Shown: positions 12,991-27,199 of the stretch, one piece after another | How the letters are laid out: the number at the start of each line of letters is the position of its first letter | Position numbering within the stretch: the first letter of the stretch is position 1 | DNA from: Gnetum montanum | Taxonomy: Eukaryota > Plantae > Gnetophyta | Length of the DNA stretch: 64,000 nt | Reading direction: 5' to 3' | Assembly (NCBI GenBank): GCA_015680685.1 | Contig: MNCI01000693.1 | Location: 14,756 to 78,755 of the forward strand | Translations under genes and position numbers: made by a program | The notes under the pieces: model-generated | What the model was told of the DNA's origin: nothing | The model's database searches: none | The model's input: the letters and a program-made list of their open reading frames with translations, nothing else

Positions 12991-13334
12991 CAAATTAATT
13001 GTATTCTACTAGTACCGGGCAGACTAGCTAGCCTGCTAATGTTTCCTTTGATTCATATATTTTTGCTTCCTACAATCTCTCATGTGACTATGTGACCTCT
13101 GCAATATATTAAAAAGATCATGAGTGATAATTTAATCCATCTTTATCGCCTCAAGGTCACAATAGGAAGAATTAGATATCTATATTCTTATACTAGCATC
13201 TACATTAGTGGATGTACCAATGCACTAGCACACCTCAATTATTTTCACCTAGAGGAAAATACCAATTACAGTGAAGATTAAGCACATTTTCTTGTCAGGG
13301 ATTTTTTTTTTCTTGAATCACATAAGACAACAAT

Positions 13335-14990
13335 TGTAACACCCCATATTTCAATTGCAAGTTTTGATATTTTTGGAGATATAATCTTTTTTCTAAAATT
13401 TGCGCAAGCTTTATTCTATTTCTTTTGCAACTGGACTTGGACTTCATAATTATTACTGGAATTGTGGCAAGTTTTTCAGTTTGAAGACACCCTAGAAACC
13501 ATAGAATCATGTGTAAAGCTAGGTTTAAGCTTTACATTCATTATTTTATTATTCATGTCAGTCAATCTTTCTCTCATGTTCATAACCCTTTGTATTGCAT
13601 TGGTGCTTCAGCAGATTTAATCTTGTATTGCAGGTCTCCCAAGTCAATGAAGGTAGAGTAACATATTCTAAGCTTTGACACCTCGTTGTTAACTTGATGT
13701 ATATATTTTGGCACTGTAATCCCTTGTATATATGGCTTATATGTTAAAGTAATTCTTGTGATGCTTATTTTGCAATTCCAATTTTGGTTATGTGCTAACC
13801 CCCTTTTTTCTTGTCTTTTGATGAATCTTTGGTGGCATTTCTTGCCACCACAACTTGTGGTGAGGGTGCCAGTGGAGACCATGGGTCAGGGTCACATCAT
13901 GATCCCCAACCATGACAAAGCCACAAGTCAGTTTTGCAGGAAAGATGAAAGCTGAAACCTAAGCTGAGGTTCACTTTTCTCAAACATGGTGTTCACCACG
14001 AGTCATGGTTAGGAAAAGATATGAAGTAGCAAGTTCCACAGTTTGTGGCAAAATCCTGGTTCTCACCACGACCTAACCACAAGCTGTGGTCAATCTCCAG
14101 TTCTTGACCATGAGTCATGGTCAACACATAGTCCACTCATGGTCCCTTGTTTTTTATCAAATTTTGTCATTTTTGCATCTTCTAGACTAGATGTAACCTC
14201 TAGTATCTCGACTCATGCATTCTCTGATGTTTCAACTTCTTGGTTATGGTTTTGTCAAGATCAATGAATATGCATTGTGCTGAGTCTAGGTTGGCCTTTA
14301 GTACTTGACCCACGTGACCTATGATTATGCATGGGTTGTGATGATGGACAAGCATTGTGAGAAGATTGGTTCATCACTAGTGCCTACTATGCTCGCTTCT
14401 GATTGCTCACAAAGCTAATCTTTGGATTCATGACTGAGAACAATAGGGATAGGTAGACCATAAGAGTTGCTTCTAGGATCTACTTTATCCAAAATACATG
14501 AGGCTTGGCCAACTGGTCCTTGAGGAGGATCAGTCGCTAGAACAATCATCATGGTTTTTAGCATGAGTCTAATCTTATGCTTGAGATGATTTTTTGAACA
14601 CGTGACCCCATTCTACAACTTGTTCCAAGTGCACCAAGGTAGTTGGCTTGACTAGAAGGTTTCTAATCCTTCCTGCATGTTTTGTATGCAAATTCTGATG
14701 GCAAGAGCTAGAAGCTTGATGGTTATTGAAGCTTTGATCAATTGATCTATTTCCTTATTTCCAGTTGTAGTTTTCTTTGTGATCTTATGTAATGATAGAC
14801 TTGATGTATTGGGATGGATGTTATGATGATATCTATTGTTCACTCTATTGAGATTTGGGACTATGTTTTCTGAGATTTAATTATAGCACTCCAATGTGGA
14901 TTTTTTTTTCATACCATGCACTTTTGGGTTTTAAGATTAAGTTTTATAATGATTATGGTTGATTCTTTTTTAAGTTTATAAGCATTATGA
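13335..14990 (+). repeat. Putative decayed gypsy solo-LTR-like sequence; right boundary uncertain
   Basis: Starts TGTAACACCCC. Clustered CCACAA/CCACGA...TGTGG motifs at 13830-14140. No TSD found. Confidence 0.25.
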
Positions 14991-15761
14991 CATCACACAC
15001 CCCAAGTATTAAGCTACATGTAATCTAAATCATGGAAATTCTTAAGTTAATTTTTGGGGTATGAAAACAATCCATTCAATAGTAGAGAATAGGAGAAATC
15101 TAATCAACATAAAATATGTAAAAGGAGATTAAATCTCTTAATCCCAAATATCAAGTAACAGAAATGGTTAATAAACAACAAATGAGTAAATAAAAAGATT
15201 TAGCAAATTAAGGTTTGCAATGTAAGTTGACCTACAAGCAAACTCATAATTAAAAAGAAAAATCTTGACAAAAGTTTTAGATTGATGAAGGCAATTTTGG
15301 CAACTCAAACAAAAAGAAAGGCTGGAGTCAAGATATAAACATAACAAACCTGTTGCACCTAGTTTAAAATACAGATGGAACTTCAGATAAAAAACTAAAT
15401 GAATGATGCATTTTTAGATGCAATTCCTGATAATAATGCTCAACTCGCATGTGTCATATGTCACTACAGCTAACACCACTGGGATGTAAAATTGTAAATG
15501 AAGATTCCTCACAAGTTAATATGGCAGTGCGCCTCTAATAGTGTAGCCCGAACATGCTCTGCTAGACATGTCATTTCCTGTCAAAGAAGGAACTAGGTAC
15601 AAAGCTACCACATTATGTTAAAAGAAAAGAATATTTAGTTGTATACTTTAAAAAAAAATTTCATTATACATTTTCTATTAATGTACACAATATGTATCAT
15701 TTTGTTGATCTTATTCTAAGTCCATTGAATATTCTATGTGTTTGTTCATATTGTTAGCTAG

Positions 15762-18700
15762 CTAGCTAGCTGGAGGAAAGGTTGTCTCTTGATGGCAAAA
15801 AGAGTTTTGAGACAGCCAGTGAAAGCTGAGTGAGAGAGTCAACACTTTTAGGGCTTCTTCTAACCTTTGTCATGGGAGATTTGCCCTGCACTTTCACACC
15901 TTCTCAAAATGAAGGTACTTCAAATCTTCCTACTATTGATTTTCATCTTCCAAATGATGTTTTTGATGTTTCAAAAGATTTCGCTGCCCATTTTATTTTT
16001 CTTCAAACTGTTGGTTTTTTACCTTGTTCAACGACTATTTCTATGCAAGTTAAAATTATTCTTCAGTCCTAGGGTATCCAAGTTTCTCATGCTTGTTATT
16101 ATACCCGTAACTTTATTTTTGCAAAACTTTTTGATGCCTCCCAAGTTGAGAAGGCTCTTTTCATTTGGATTTTTTTAGCAAGTAATGCAACTATTGTTGC
16201 GCAACCTTGGAAGTTTAATTTTAATGTTAATGATCCAGCTTATAATATTATTTCCTGCTATCTCAAACAGCCAAATCTTCCTTTAATATTTTTTATTGTG
16301 GAGAGGGACATAGTGTGTACCCTAGGAATTGAGGCTAATGGCAGTTATTTCCATCACTATTGTATTGAACTTGATATCTCATGAAGGAAGGACTTATTAA
16401 CCCTTGAAACATGGGGCAAAGTCTTTATTTCTAAAAGAAGATTATTTTTATCTTCCTAATTCTTGTAGCTATTGTCATTGGGTTGAGCATCATATTTCTA
16501 CATGTCCCTTATTGGCCAAGAAAAAATGATTAGCTGAGCTTCAAAAAATATGTTCATCATTTGTTCCAATTTTCCAACCACCATTAGAAAATTTCAATTT
16601 TGGAACCTCTTTTGGAAATGTCTTTAAACCTTCATCCTCTTCTAGTCCTTGCAAACAATTATAGATACCATAGTTTGTTTCAACAATCAAGGTAGCTTCT
16701 CAAACACAAGCTAGATCTTCAAAATTATTTAAGGACTTAGTTAAAAATGATGAGATTGTGGAAGTTAGTGGGAGGAAAAGAGTTAAATCATTATCACCCA
16801 AAGTTCACAATCTACTTCTTCCCCAGTGATTAATTTTGATACACTGGTTACTACAAGCAACTCTTTTGCTATTTTCTCATATGCTACAGAAGTTGATACT
16901 TCAAATTAAGAATTTTCTAAGGGTCTTTCACAAGACACTCCCTTTGCTCACCCATGAATATCTTATCTTGGAATGTCTAAGGCATAATGGATTGGCTTTG
17001 GCATAAATGTGCAAGCAGTTTTCTCTCTAGTTTAAATATTTCTTTTCATTTTATTCTTTTCTAAGAAATTAAGATTTTGGTCAAACATTTATCTTTTTCA
17101 GCCCATTAGTTTCTTCCTCACTCATCAGTTATTGCTACTTCACATGAGTGTGGAAAAGGTGGTGCTACCATTCTCTTTTCCTCTTATTGGAAAGATAAAC
17201 TTATACAAAGTGATTCTAATTCAGGGTCACAAAGTTATTTGGTTGATCTTCTCCTACTCACATAGTCCTTTTGGTATATGTTTAGTTTATGCTCCTAATG
17301 ATTCTACCAAACATGCTCTATTGTGGCAAGAACTTGCATTTTCTCTTCCCTTTGTTCCTTGGATCTTTAAAGATGATTTTAATATGACAAAATTTTGTAA
17401 TGATAAGCTGGGAGTGTGCCTTTTCTATTACGAACAAATGAGTATAAAAAATAGTCTAATTTTAAGGAAAAGTTTTATCTTATAGATGTGGATGATGCTT
17501 CAACAAGTGATCTTCTTCATAGATATACTTGAAGTAATCTTCATCTTGGATAAGCTCGCATTTACATCCAGTTGGACAAGTTTTATTTTTCCACTCTTTC
17601 TTTTTAGCATTCTACTTCTGCTATTTTTGTTCATCAACATGCAATTATGTCAAATCATTTCTTCGTCACCATGTCAATTCAAATTAATGGCCATTACCTT
17701 AAACATAATTTCCATCTAACTTGATTACATAGTAACTATTTCTCATCTCCTGCTGCTCAACAAATTCTCTCAAGCCTTTGGAACGCTGAACAAAGGCCCC
17801 CATGTCAAGTAGATTGGATTCAATGGTGGCATTGTGCTACTTGTAGAGTGCAAAATTTTGCTCACTATTATAGTAAGGAAGTGGCCTCTCATGCTAGACA
17901 AGAGTACAACAACATTTAATCTATTATCGAACAACTTTCAGATCAGTTGGTTCAAGACCCTTTCAACTCACGAGTTCATGAGGATTTGGCTAGAGATTGA
18001 TTAGCTTTTCAACAATGGGATGTTTATAGGGCATAAAGTTTCTTAACCAAAAGTAGGCTTACTTGGTTAAAAATTCAAGATGAATAATGTGAGGAATTTT
18101 TCAAATATCTAAATAGTTCATCTACTTTGCAATCTTTGGACAAAATTTCAATTGATGGTACCATCATCATTGACCATAACATGCTCCTTTCCTACCTTAG
18201 AAATCATTTTGAAACTTTATTTACTGCTAACTCTATGGATATTTCTTTCTTTGAGGCAGCTACTGTTAATTATCCTATTCTAGTTCATTCTACTCTATTG
18301 TAAATTTTAGAAGTTGATATTACTTAGGCTGAACTTCAAGAGGCATGTTTTAAAATGAGCATTGTTAAGGCTCCAAGCTATGATAGCTTTCCAATTAAAT
18401 TTTTTAGGAATCATTAGGATCTTATTGGCAACAATCTCTTCTAGGTTATTAGTGAGGCTATGCATGCTCATTCTTTGGGGCAAAAATTAAATTCGAAAAT
18501 AATTTAACTTCAAACAACATCTAGGGATCTTACTCATATCTCCAATTGGTGACCCATCATGCTGCTTAATGTGGTGTATAAAATTTGGGCTAAATGTTTG
18601 ACATTACATTTGAAGAAGATTTTTGTCATATTATTTCCCCTCAGCAAATAGGTTTTGTTCTTAGTAGATATATTTTAAATAATGTGGTTGTTGCTTGGAA

Positions 18701-21151
18701 AGGTCTTCAGTGGGCAAAAAAATGAGGGTCAGGATATTCTCTTTATGAAGCTTGATTATGCAAAAGTTTATGATAGCATTAAGTGGGACTCATTTTGCAT
18801 ATCATGACTAAACTTGGTTTTGGCCCCAAGTTTCTACATATGGAGAAATGTTTATTTTCATATGCCACTACTAGAATAGCTACTAAACTTGGTATCACTT
18901 CTCTCTTCTCTTTCACAGGTCAATAAGACAAGGTTGTCCTCTTACTCCTTACATGTTCATTATTACAACAAACTTTCTTTGCCATCAATTAAATTATGAT
19001 ATTCAGAAAAAAGCTATCAGTGGTGTTCTTTTTGCTCCTCAACATTAGCTTCTTAATATGCATATTGCTTATGACTCCTTTTTCCTTATTCAAAATACAC
19101 TTGCTAATCTACATCACCTCTTGTTTCAAGTGGATCATTATTGTTTTCTTTCAAGCTTTGCTATTATTGGACTAAATCCTCTATTTATAGTTTCAAAACT
19201 AATTACTAGTATTTGCCTAACAAAAATTGGAAGCTAATCCAAGATCAAGATATCATTAAAATTTTGGGAATTTCCTTTCATTTTAAAGAATCCACTTCAG
19301 TTCTCTGGGATCAAATGGCATCTCGGATTCAGAAGAAAATTGATAAATGAAGGACAAAACCCTTTGCTCTTGCAAGCAAGTATCTAGTTTGCAATTCTAT
19401 TTGTGCGTCTACTCATGTGTATTATTCTTCGTGTTGGACTCCCTCTCAAGCTGCTTATTAGAAGTTGGAACAATTATTTTGAGATTTCATGTGGTCTTCT
19501 AAGATTTTCAAAAGGGTTTTCACCAAGTTGCTTAGGATATTGTTACTCTCACTAAGAAAAGAGGTGGTTTAGGTCCTTTAAATTCTTTCAAATAGAGGCT
19601 TACTTTGGTGGCAAAGTGGTTGTTTCAACATTTAGATGCTTTTGACATTATTGGTACTCTCCTCCAGCTAAGGCTACAACAAGCGTTTCCCAAAAAAAAA
19701 AACAAACCATTTTGGAACGGTATCCACTTTGGTAATTGGATTCTTTCTTCTCATATCATTATCATTCCTAAATCTTATGTCTTCAAAAGTATTTGGAGAG
19801 CTTGGCAAGTATTACACAATTATATAGATTGGACTAATGTTAAGATAAATCCCACTCTTCTTTCTAAGCTTTGTCTATGGTGGTTACCTCTTTCACCTTC
19901 TCTTCTTGCCAGTACAAATTCTCGAGTGGCTACTTGTTGATTTCAAATGGGAATGATTTCTCTTAGTTGTCTACATCTTGTTGACCAATGGATTTCTTGG
20001 GAAATGTTTGATAATTTGTATAAGATATCTACAACCATGCAGCATTGTTTTGATCAAATTTATAATTTTATTCACCACCATTTACAATTGGATGCTTCAG
20101 TGCAAAGTATTTTTCATGACCTTTGTTGGACTAATGGACTAAAACTTTTGCCTTATAAGCCACATGTTCCATTTCAACTTTTGCACAACTCCTCAATAGT
20201 TGTCAATCATTGCAACATGTTTTAGCACAAACAGAAATCAAAACAATTTTGGATGTCCACCTTCAAACGAATATGGAAGCTTCCTACATTACCTAAAATT
20301 TAACAATTTCTTTAATGTCTCCTTCACTAGGGTTTACCTATTGGCAAACACCTTGAACATCTTGGGGTACATACTCCTGTTTGCCCTCTCTATGGAGCTA
20401 CAAATGATTTTGTTAATGTCTTTTAGCAATGTCCTTTTGCTCAGCATACTTAGATCTAGGCATGCAAAGTTATTCCAAATTGTTAGCTATCTCAAGATGA
20501 TGTTTCTTTTCTTTTCTTTTTTTTCTTTTTGCCTATTACTTCTATGAATTTCAGATTTCTTTCAAATTGTATTAGGCCTATTGTTATCTTTCATATTTGG
20601 AAGCGTAGATGCAATATCATTTTTCAGAAAAAATAATTCAAATATTTATCAACTATTACAGAAAAATCGCAAATCTTCTACCTTGTCCATTTCCAAATTA
20701 TATCTCAAGCTGCAAAGGTTCAGTTAGAGATTAATCAGTTGATTTATCTTTTGCAGCCTTGGTTCAAATTTATAAGCAATAGAGGCTCTAATGCAAGTAA
20801 CCTTATTCAACACAATTCTCTACAAAGGAGATCTTCTTTTTAATTTCAGCTATCATCTGCTTCATTTGATTCTTTTTTCTTTCTGCTTGTACTATTGATT
20901 ACAATTGATCTTTGGTGAGAAGTGAATTCTTGAAGAGTGCTTCTTTCTTTTGTTATTGGCCTAATTGTAAGGATGAAATCTTGAGTAGGCATTCCCAAAT
21001 CCATTAAGTCTTTCCTTTCTTGTTATTTCTGTTTGTTCTGTTAGAAGCTACTTGTGCATTTTTTACCCTTTCTATCTAGTTTGCCAAATGCATCATGTGT
21101 ATTTGATGCTCTATTTTGATTCATATAACTTTTTTTCAGGATCCAACACCC
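15762..21151 (+). mobile_element. Full-length decayed L1-type LINE with 15-bp TSD
   Basis: TSD CATATTGTTAGCTAG at 15747-15761 and 21152-21166. ORF1 knuckle CSYCHWVEHHISTC (~16463). ORF2 MNILSWNV (~16955), VYAPND, DDFN, PIMLLNVVYKI, KLDYAKVYD, RQGCPL, GGLG, IWKRRCNIIF (~20595). Confidence 0.9.
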
Positions 21152-21904
21152 CATATTGTTAGCTAGTTGATGGAACATTTTGGCCTTGTGTTTATTGGTT
21201 TAAAAGTCTTAGATCACCGGCATATTGAATAGATAGACAACAAATAAAATACAACATATGAAATTTCAAGTTATTTCATGGCCATGCCATTTGTTTTTTG
21301 ACAAAAACATTTCCGACTCGATTGGTAAGTAACTATGAATTGCCTAAATCTTCACTTGAGTTATTTAACAATCAAATAGATAACTCAAGTGAAGATTTAC
21401 CTGACCACTCTGTATTTTTACATTGTTGTAAATTTCAATTTAATTGCTTAATACAACGAAGCTCTTCTCTGTTTCTTCTCCAGAACATCTTTATTCCTAG
21501 ATGATTTTGGTAAATTTTCTGCATACATCCTAGGCACCTTATCAAATATATATGTATGCAAAGGCTAACAATCTTAAGTCAGCAATTTTGCTAATTATGA
21601 TGATGATTCTTCAAGTTCACTAACAAGCCTTTGTTGGAAAAGCAAGTTTAATGAACATTCTTTAACAAAACACTACCATGAGGTGGCCAAGCAGTTCTCA
21701 AATTTAAAGCGATCAACGCCTATCAAAGAAGATTTTTATGTCCTAAAAAAATTAAAATCAGAATACAGGTACCAAATAATATGCATATTTTCCAAAAACC
21801 CAATAGAAAACTGTTACATTCATGCACATTAAAGGATACATGCAATTTTTATGGGTTTTATGTATTTATTAGAACTTCACTAAGCTCATCCATGTTGGCC
21901 ACTT

Positions 21905-21950
21905 AGGGGTGAGCCTTAATGGTTAGAACGTTAAGGTTCAAGTCCACATA
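21905..21950 (+). mobile_element. Truncated SINE head
   Basis: GGGGTGAGCCTTAATGG followed by B-box GGTTCAAGTCC. Confidence 0.3.
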
Positions 21951-22534
21951 TGCCACGTAGGGGCATGCTAAAAATAAATCTTTCACTTAGAGTTAGGTAG
22001 ACAACCAACCATAAGAACCATTGTCAAAAAGTCTAGTTGTCATAACGAGTTATCCAAAATTCATGCAATACAGCCAAGATGATGATGAGTGGAACTTTCA
22101 TAAGCTTGAGGCGTTAAAAAACTATTAACTTACGTTCTAAACCCAGAGGACCTACTGATATAATAAAAAAAATAAAATTTCAGTTTTCAGGTTTCTTAAT
22201 CAAGAATGAACAAAGGCATTTGACTTCCAGTCTTCTATACAACTTCCTAAAAATTAATAACATTGATACATGAAATCCAGATAATTACGAGTTCCTATTA
22301 AACTCTTTCCAATCAGATTTTGCAAATGAGAGTTGAATCTGTTGAGAAAATGTAATTTTTTTCAAACCACGTGATTTATAAGAGATTAAAAATATTCTCC
22401 TAGACCAATAAAATATGATATTTAATGTTAAAAGCAAAGAACTACTGCATTCAATTCATTGAGGTGCAAGGCAAACATTTTCTTTTCTTTATATAAAAAG
22501 ACATATAGATAATGAAATTTTCTCGAGCTCAAAC

Positions 22535-22584
22535 CTGATTGCTATCACATAAAGCATCTTCCTGATATTTCTGAGATAATAAGC
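22535..22584 (-). CDS. Predicted exon 2 of the host gene (GLLSQKYQEDALCDSNQ)
   Basis: Acceptor TGCAG| at 22586-85 and donor |GTTTGA at 22534. Phase-compatible with exon 1. Confidence 0.45.
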
Positions 22585-22711
22585 CTGCACACTCCATACA
22601 TCAATCATAGACGTTAAATTCAAGAGGCCTCCAAAGGTTTTTATTTTTTTAATAACAGACCAGAAAATACAAGAAGAAAAAAACACACACAAAGACCATG
22701 TACATGCTCAC

Positions 22712-23831
22712 CTTCAGAAATATTTTCTAAACGAGTGTGCCGTGTAAAAATATTGTCCGAATCCAAATTTCTGAATCCATGTTCTCTGTTTTCAGTTATG
22801 GATCGCATGTACAACTGATCTGCTACAGGAAAACTTGAATAACGGGAAGAATATGAATAACAATCTAATTTATGATGTTTGCTTTTAGCTTCATCAGAAA
22901 GTTCGGTGATTCTTGCTCTTTTTGCCTGATTACTTCTATGGGCAAACTCTACCTGAGCATTACCTTGATCTTTCATTTTTAGGAAAGATGGGTATTGCAC
23001 ATCCTTGGGCTTGCATGTTTCGTTATTGTCAATTCTAGATGATAAGGAGGCTTTCTGGGAATGTTCATGTCTAACGTTTGTGTAGAAAGCATCATTGTCT
23101 GCAGAGCTTTTGCATTTAAGATTATAGAGATCAAAAGGCCTCTGCAAAACAGAGTAGGTCTTGCAAATATCCCCAAAAAAACGAGATTCCTTGAGCATGC
23201 CCCTGTTATAATTTGCAGCGTTTCTGAGTCTCCCGAGAAAACTGAAGCGCCTAGTGTCAGATGAAATGGCCTGATGATGCTCGGAGGAACCATTATCATG
23301 ATTCCAGGCACAAGAAAACCCGTAATTTCTATTACCTAATTCGTCTTCCTTTAGCTTTTTAGCAACCAAACCTAAAAAGTTAGAATTCTTATAAGTGTTT
23401 TTTGGGGAAATCAATGAGCTGATTTTCACTTGGAAAGGCCCAAATCCAGCAATTACCTGGCTTTCTTCAACCAATACCTCCGGTGAACATTTTCTCCTTT
23501 CAAAAACAGAGTCTACTCTTGGAAAACTCTGGGGGTAAGTTTTGCACCTTTGAACCTCAAAACGTTCATCATAATCCTCAACTGGTACTGCTACTGGTGG
23601 ATTAGATGATTTAACATCATTATCATCATCATCATCATCATCATTTCCAGATGACTTCCTGGCATCATTGCTGCCAATTTTTTTTTTGTTGTCGTTACTC
23701 CTCCCATCCCTGCAACAGGAACCCAAATCTTGCTCCTTTTTCTGAACAGACCCACCATCATCATTACCATAAAGTTTCGGCCTGAGCCTCTGAACCCAAG
23801 AAGACTGCAAGGCTTTGCTGCTGCTACCCAT
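22712..23831 (-). CDS. Uncharacterised host protein, first coding exon (~373 codons, Ser/Asp/Lys-rich, probably disordered)
   Basis: The only long stop-free non-TE ORF in the window (396 aa). GAAG|GTGAGC donor at 22711; the hydrophobic ORF tail looks like intron read-through. No recognisable domain. Confidence 0.65.
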
Positions 23832-26399
23832 AATTACAACTTCAAATCCACACTCAATGCTAAGAATTGTTTGCTAGATTATGTTGCAAGTTCAAGATTC
23901 AGGCATACCATCGACACCAATACATCTGCATAGCTCTGCACTGAGTGACCATAGCTTCTGGTTGTTTTTTATTAGAATTCAGTATCCGGCACGAATCAGA
24001 TCTCTTGGAACAAAGCAGCATCCTAAAGCTGAATTGAATAGAACAGTATGACTGAAATTACAGAGCGGATGACAGAATATAAACAAAATAGTAAATTGAA
24101 ACCATGCAGGTAGACGTGCCGGTTCTGTGGCTGAAATTGCACCAACAAAAAAGTTCCAGCTATATTGCGTTAATGTCAAATCACCCAACATCACGTGGAC
24201 CCCTCCAATTTCACATCGGTTCCCAACTTTTCTTTCCTGATATCCATGTAAAGCCAAAATCCATGATGGTTGCCTGAAGATTTCACAGTATCGTTCCCGT
24301 TCAACTTTCCCCTTTGTAAACAAGCAATTTTTTTTCAACCTTGCTGACGTGATGGTATTTATATCCATGTATAGTTAAATGTCAATTTTTTTTTTGGATT
24401 CTATAGGATAAGTTTATTAAAAAGGATTATTATTGAGGCTCAATGTTCATTTAGTTAAGGTAAGTTCTAAGTTCCAAATGCTCAAGCTCAAGCTTAAACT
24501 CAAGTTTTCATTTTTTCCTTTTTTTTTTAAGGTAAAATTCGGGCTGTTAGTACAACCCTTACCTACACAGCAACATGATATGGCTTAAAAATAGAAAGAG
24601 TCCTACAACAAAGCTACTTTACTCCTGCCGTACTTAAGAAGTGCAAGCAATAATCAAACCCCCTCTCCTCCTACCATACTGGAAGTACAAGCAAGAATCT
24701 AACCCACAAAACAAAAAAGGTCCTACCACAACACTTAGAAGTGCAGGCATCAAACCCACAAAGTCTCAACTAAAAGATGAGTGTCCTACCCTACTCTCGA
24801 AAATGCAACTCAAGTCTTATGAATGTAGGGAAAGCTTATCCTCTTTTGAGTACCTATGCTCAAGTTCAAACCCAAATATTATACGAAAATAAATTTCTTT
24901 ATACAAAAATTAAAAAATAATAGATTTTTTAAAAAAAACAATTACAGTATTGAAAAGAGTTATATGGTCCAACAAATTTTAGATTTTGAAAACTGTTTCT
25001 TCACAGATTCAAACCAGTTATCATTATTCCAAGTGTATCCCAACACCCTTATCCCAACCCACCGAGATACAGTCCGTACAAATATTTTCAAAAAAATGTT
25101 GTTGCAATTGATTGTGACCTGAGCCTACGGGTAATGAGGATAAGGCTGATCAAGTTACGGAAATAAAGAATGGATAATAATGTCAGTGTCACTTGATGGT
25201 AAGTAATCACATGCACTCCCAACGTTATTGGAGCATAACCACGAGTAGCCAGGAATGAGAATCAGTACATGGTTCGACCTGTCGCATCGCTTTAAAATAA
25301 CTGTTAAAGAGTTACCCGCTAATCAAAATTAATTGAGCCACGCACGAAAAACTTGAAACATAATTTTTTAAATGAATACTTAATATTTGCTTATACATCA
25401 TCTTGGAAATTTCAGTATGGCATGGGACAACATTCAAGCCTGTACAACATTTTTAACTCATACTCTATTTTTACATCAATTATATCTTCCAATTTCATCC
25501 AAAATTAAGTCTCCAGTTACATCAATTATATCTTCCAATTATATCTCTTAAATCCCTAAATAATTAAAGGATTAAATAGGGCCCAAGTTGCTATCACAAA
25601 TTTTGGTGAATGTTGTTGTTGAACCTCAAAATAAAATTATATGAAGAATGAAAAATAAAATTTATTAAAAAAATACAATCTATCTCTTCAATAATAAAAA
25701 GATTTAAAATTAGCAATGAAAAGGAAAAGCCCAAGAAATTTGGCAATACCTTTATGAGCTTTCATCCTTACAACCAATTTTAAAACACATCTCCTCTAGG
25801 GTAGGACAAGGTTCAAGTATTAGGCTTATTCAAAAGTACCCTCATAGGTTTTTACTTTTTACTAAAGGCTTCCATGTTAACAACCAAAAAAAGCAAAATA
25901 AATATACATGAGAAATAATAGAGAGTAGCACCAAGGCTTACACATGAGCTAAGCAAAGTTTCTCGCAATACTGCTAGTCCAAGTTTCCATTAGTTGAAGA
26001 ATATTATTAACCTCCAATAAAGTGCCACCAACTTGAGGCTTCACTTGAAAAATAATACAATCCCAAAAGTTAAAACATCATGAATCATCATTAATATAGT
26101 TATCAATCTTGTGACTATTCATAGGTGTTCTAGCTAGATACTAGAGTTACTACAAGATTGATACTATCTAACATCCAACTAAGAATGAGGAGTCAACCCA
26201 CTGGTAAGACTCTTAATTTAAAAGGTCCAAGTCCTAGGTTCAATTTTGGTATTTAGGTCGTCCTACCTTTGCTACATCAAAGGGAGAAGTAGACAAGGCT
26301 TTTCAACTTATGGATGTTCTATTACTTAACAAATCCACTTACAACCTATCAATTCAAGGATGCAACAAAACAAGGTTAACTATATATGCAATAACCTTG

Positions 26400-26785
26400 T
26401 GAATGGAAAGTAGTAGATGTTGAGTGGAATGATTTTAATAGTTATAGATGCCCATATAAATGGATCCACTTACCATATTTATGGCATAGGATTCATTAAT
26501 GTACAATAACTTTGTTCAGTTGATTTATTAGAAGTTAGTATCAGTCACCAAGTGCCCATAACGTGGTGCAAACCGGTTGAATGAAGTCCTTATTCAAGTG
26601 CTTAGGACTTGGATGTAGTGCATAAATGACAATAAATACTAAAATTATTTCACTCAAATTTAGCCTTTTGATTTAGCATAGAGTTTATTTTATATATCTA
26701 ACTCTTCATAGAGGTGAATGATGAAAAATAACTCACGTAGCTGATGCATTTTGTTGGGACAAGGCTAGAATAATGATGATAATAG
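26400..26785 (+). mobile_element. RTE-clade LINE 3' fragment
   Basis: RGE**KITHVAD followed by GGGACAAGGC and an ATG/ATA-rich tail, like plant RTE 3' ends. Confidence 0.35.
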
Positions 26786-27199
26786 TAGAGTTTATGTTAT
26801 GTGTTTTTTATTTTCATATAATTATCTTAAGATTTACTTTTGATGAGAAGCAAGTATTCTCTATGCTCAACCATATTAATCATGAGCGTGTACGCACAAT
26901 CTAGTCAATCTCTGTGGACTTTTTCTACCTAAGTAACCTATATCCTAGATAGCAAAATGTCTAATTATTGGTCATTATCTTTCCAATCATCACTTTTCTT
27001 AACTTCATCCATATGACTAAGTGTGATCGAGGTGTATGATATTTATATTTATAATTTTTATCTGTAAAAATATTAAAGGAAGGAAATGATTGAAATATTT
27101 AACTTTACTAATTTATAACTAAACCACCCTAACGTGGAGCATTCATTCCCACTTTCTGTATATATCCTGAACATGTACTAACATATCTAAGTTACTAAG

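Noticed and set aside
23979-24368. 129-aa ORF upstream of the host gene
   Set aside because: No recognisable protein features; likely 5'UTR or intron sequence.
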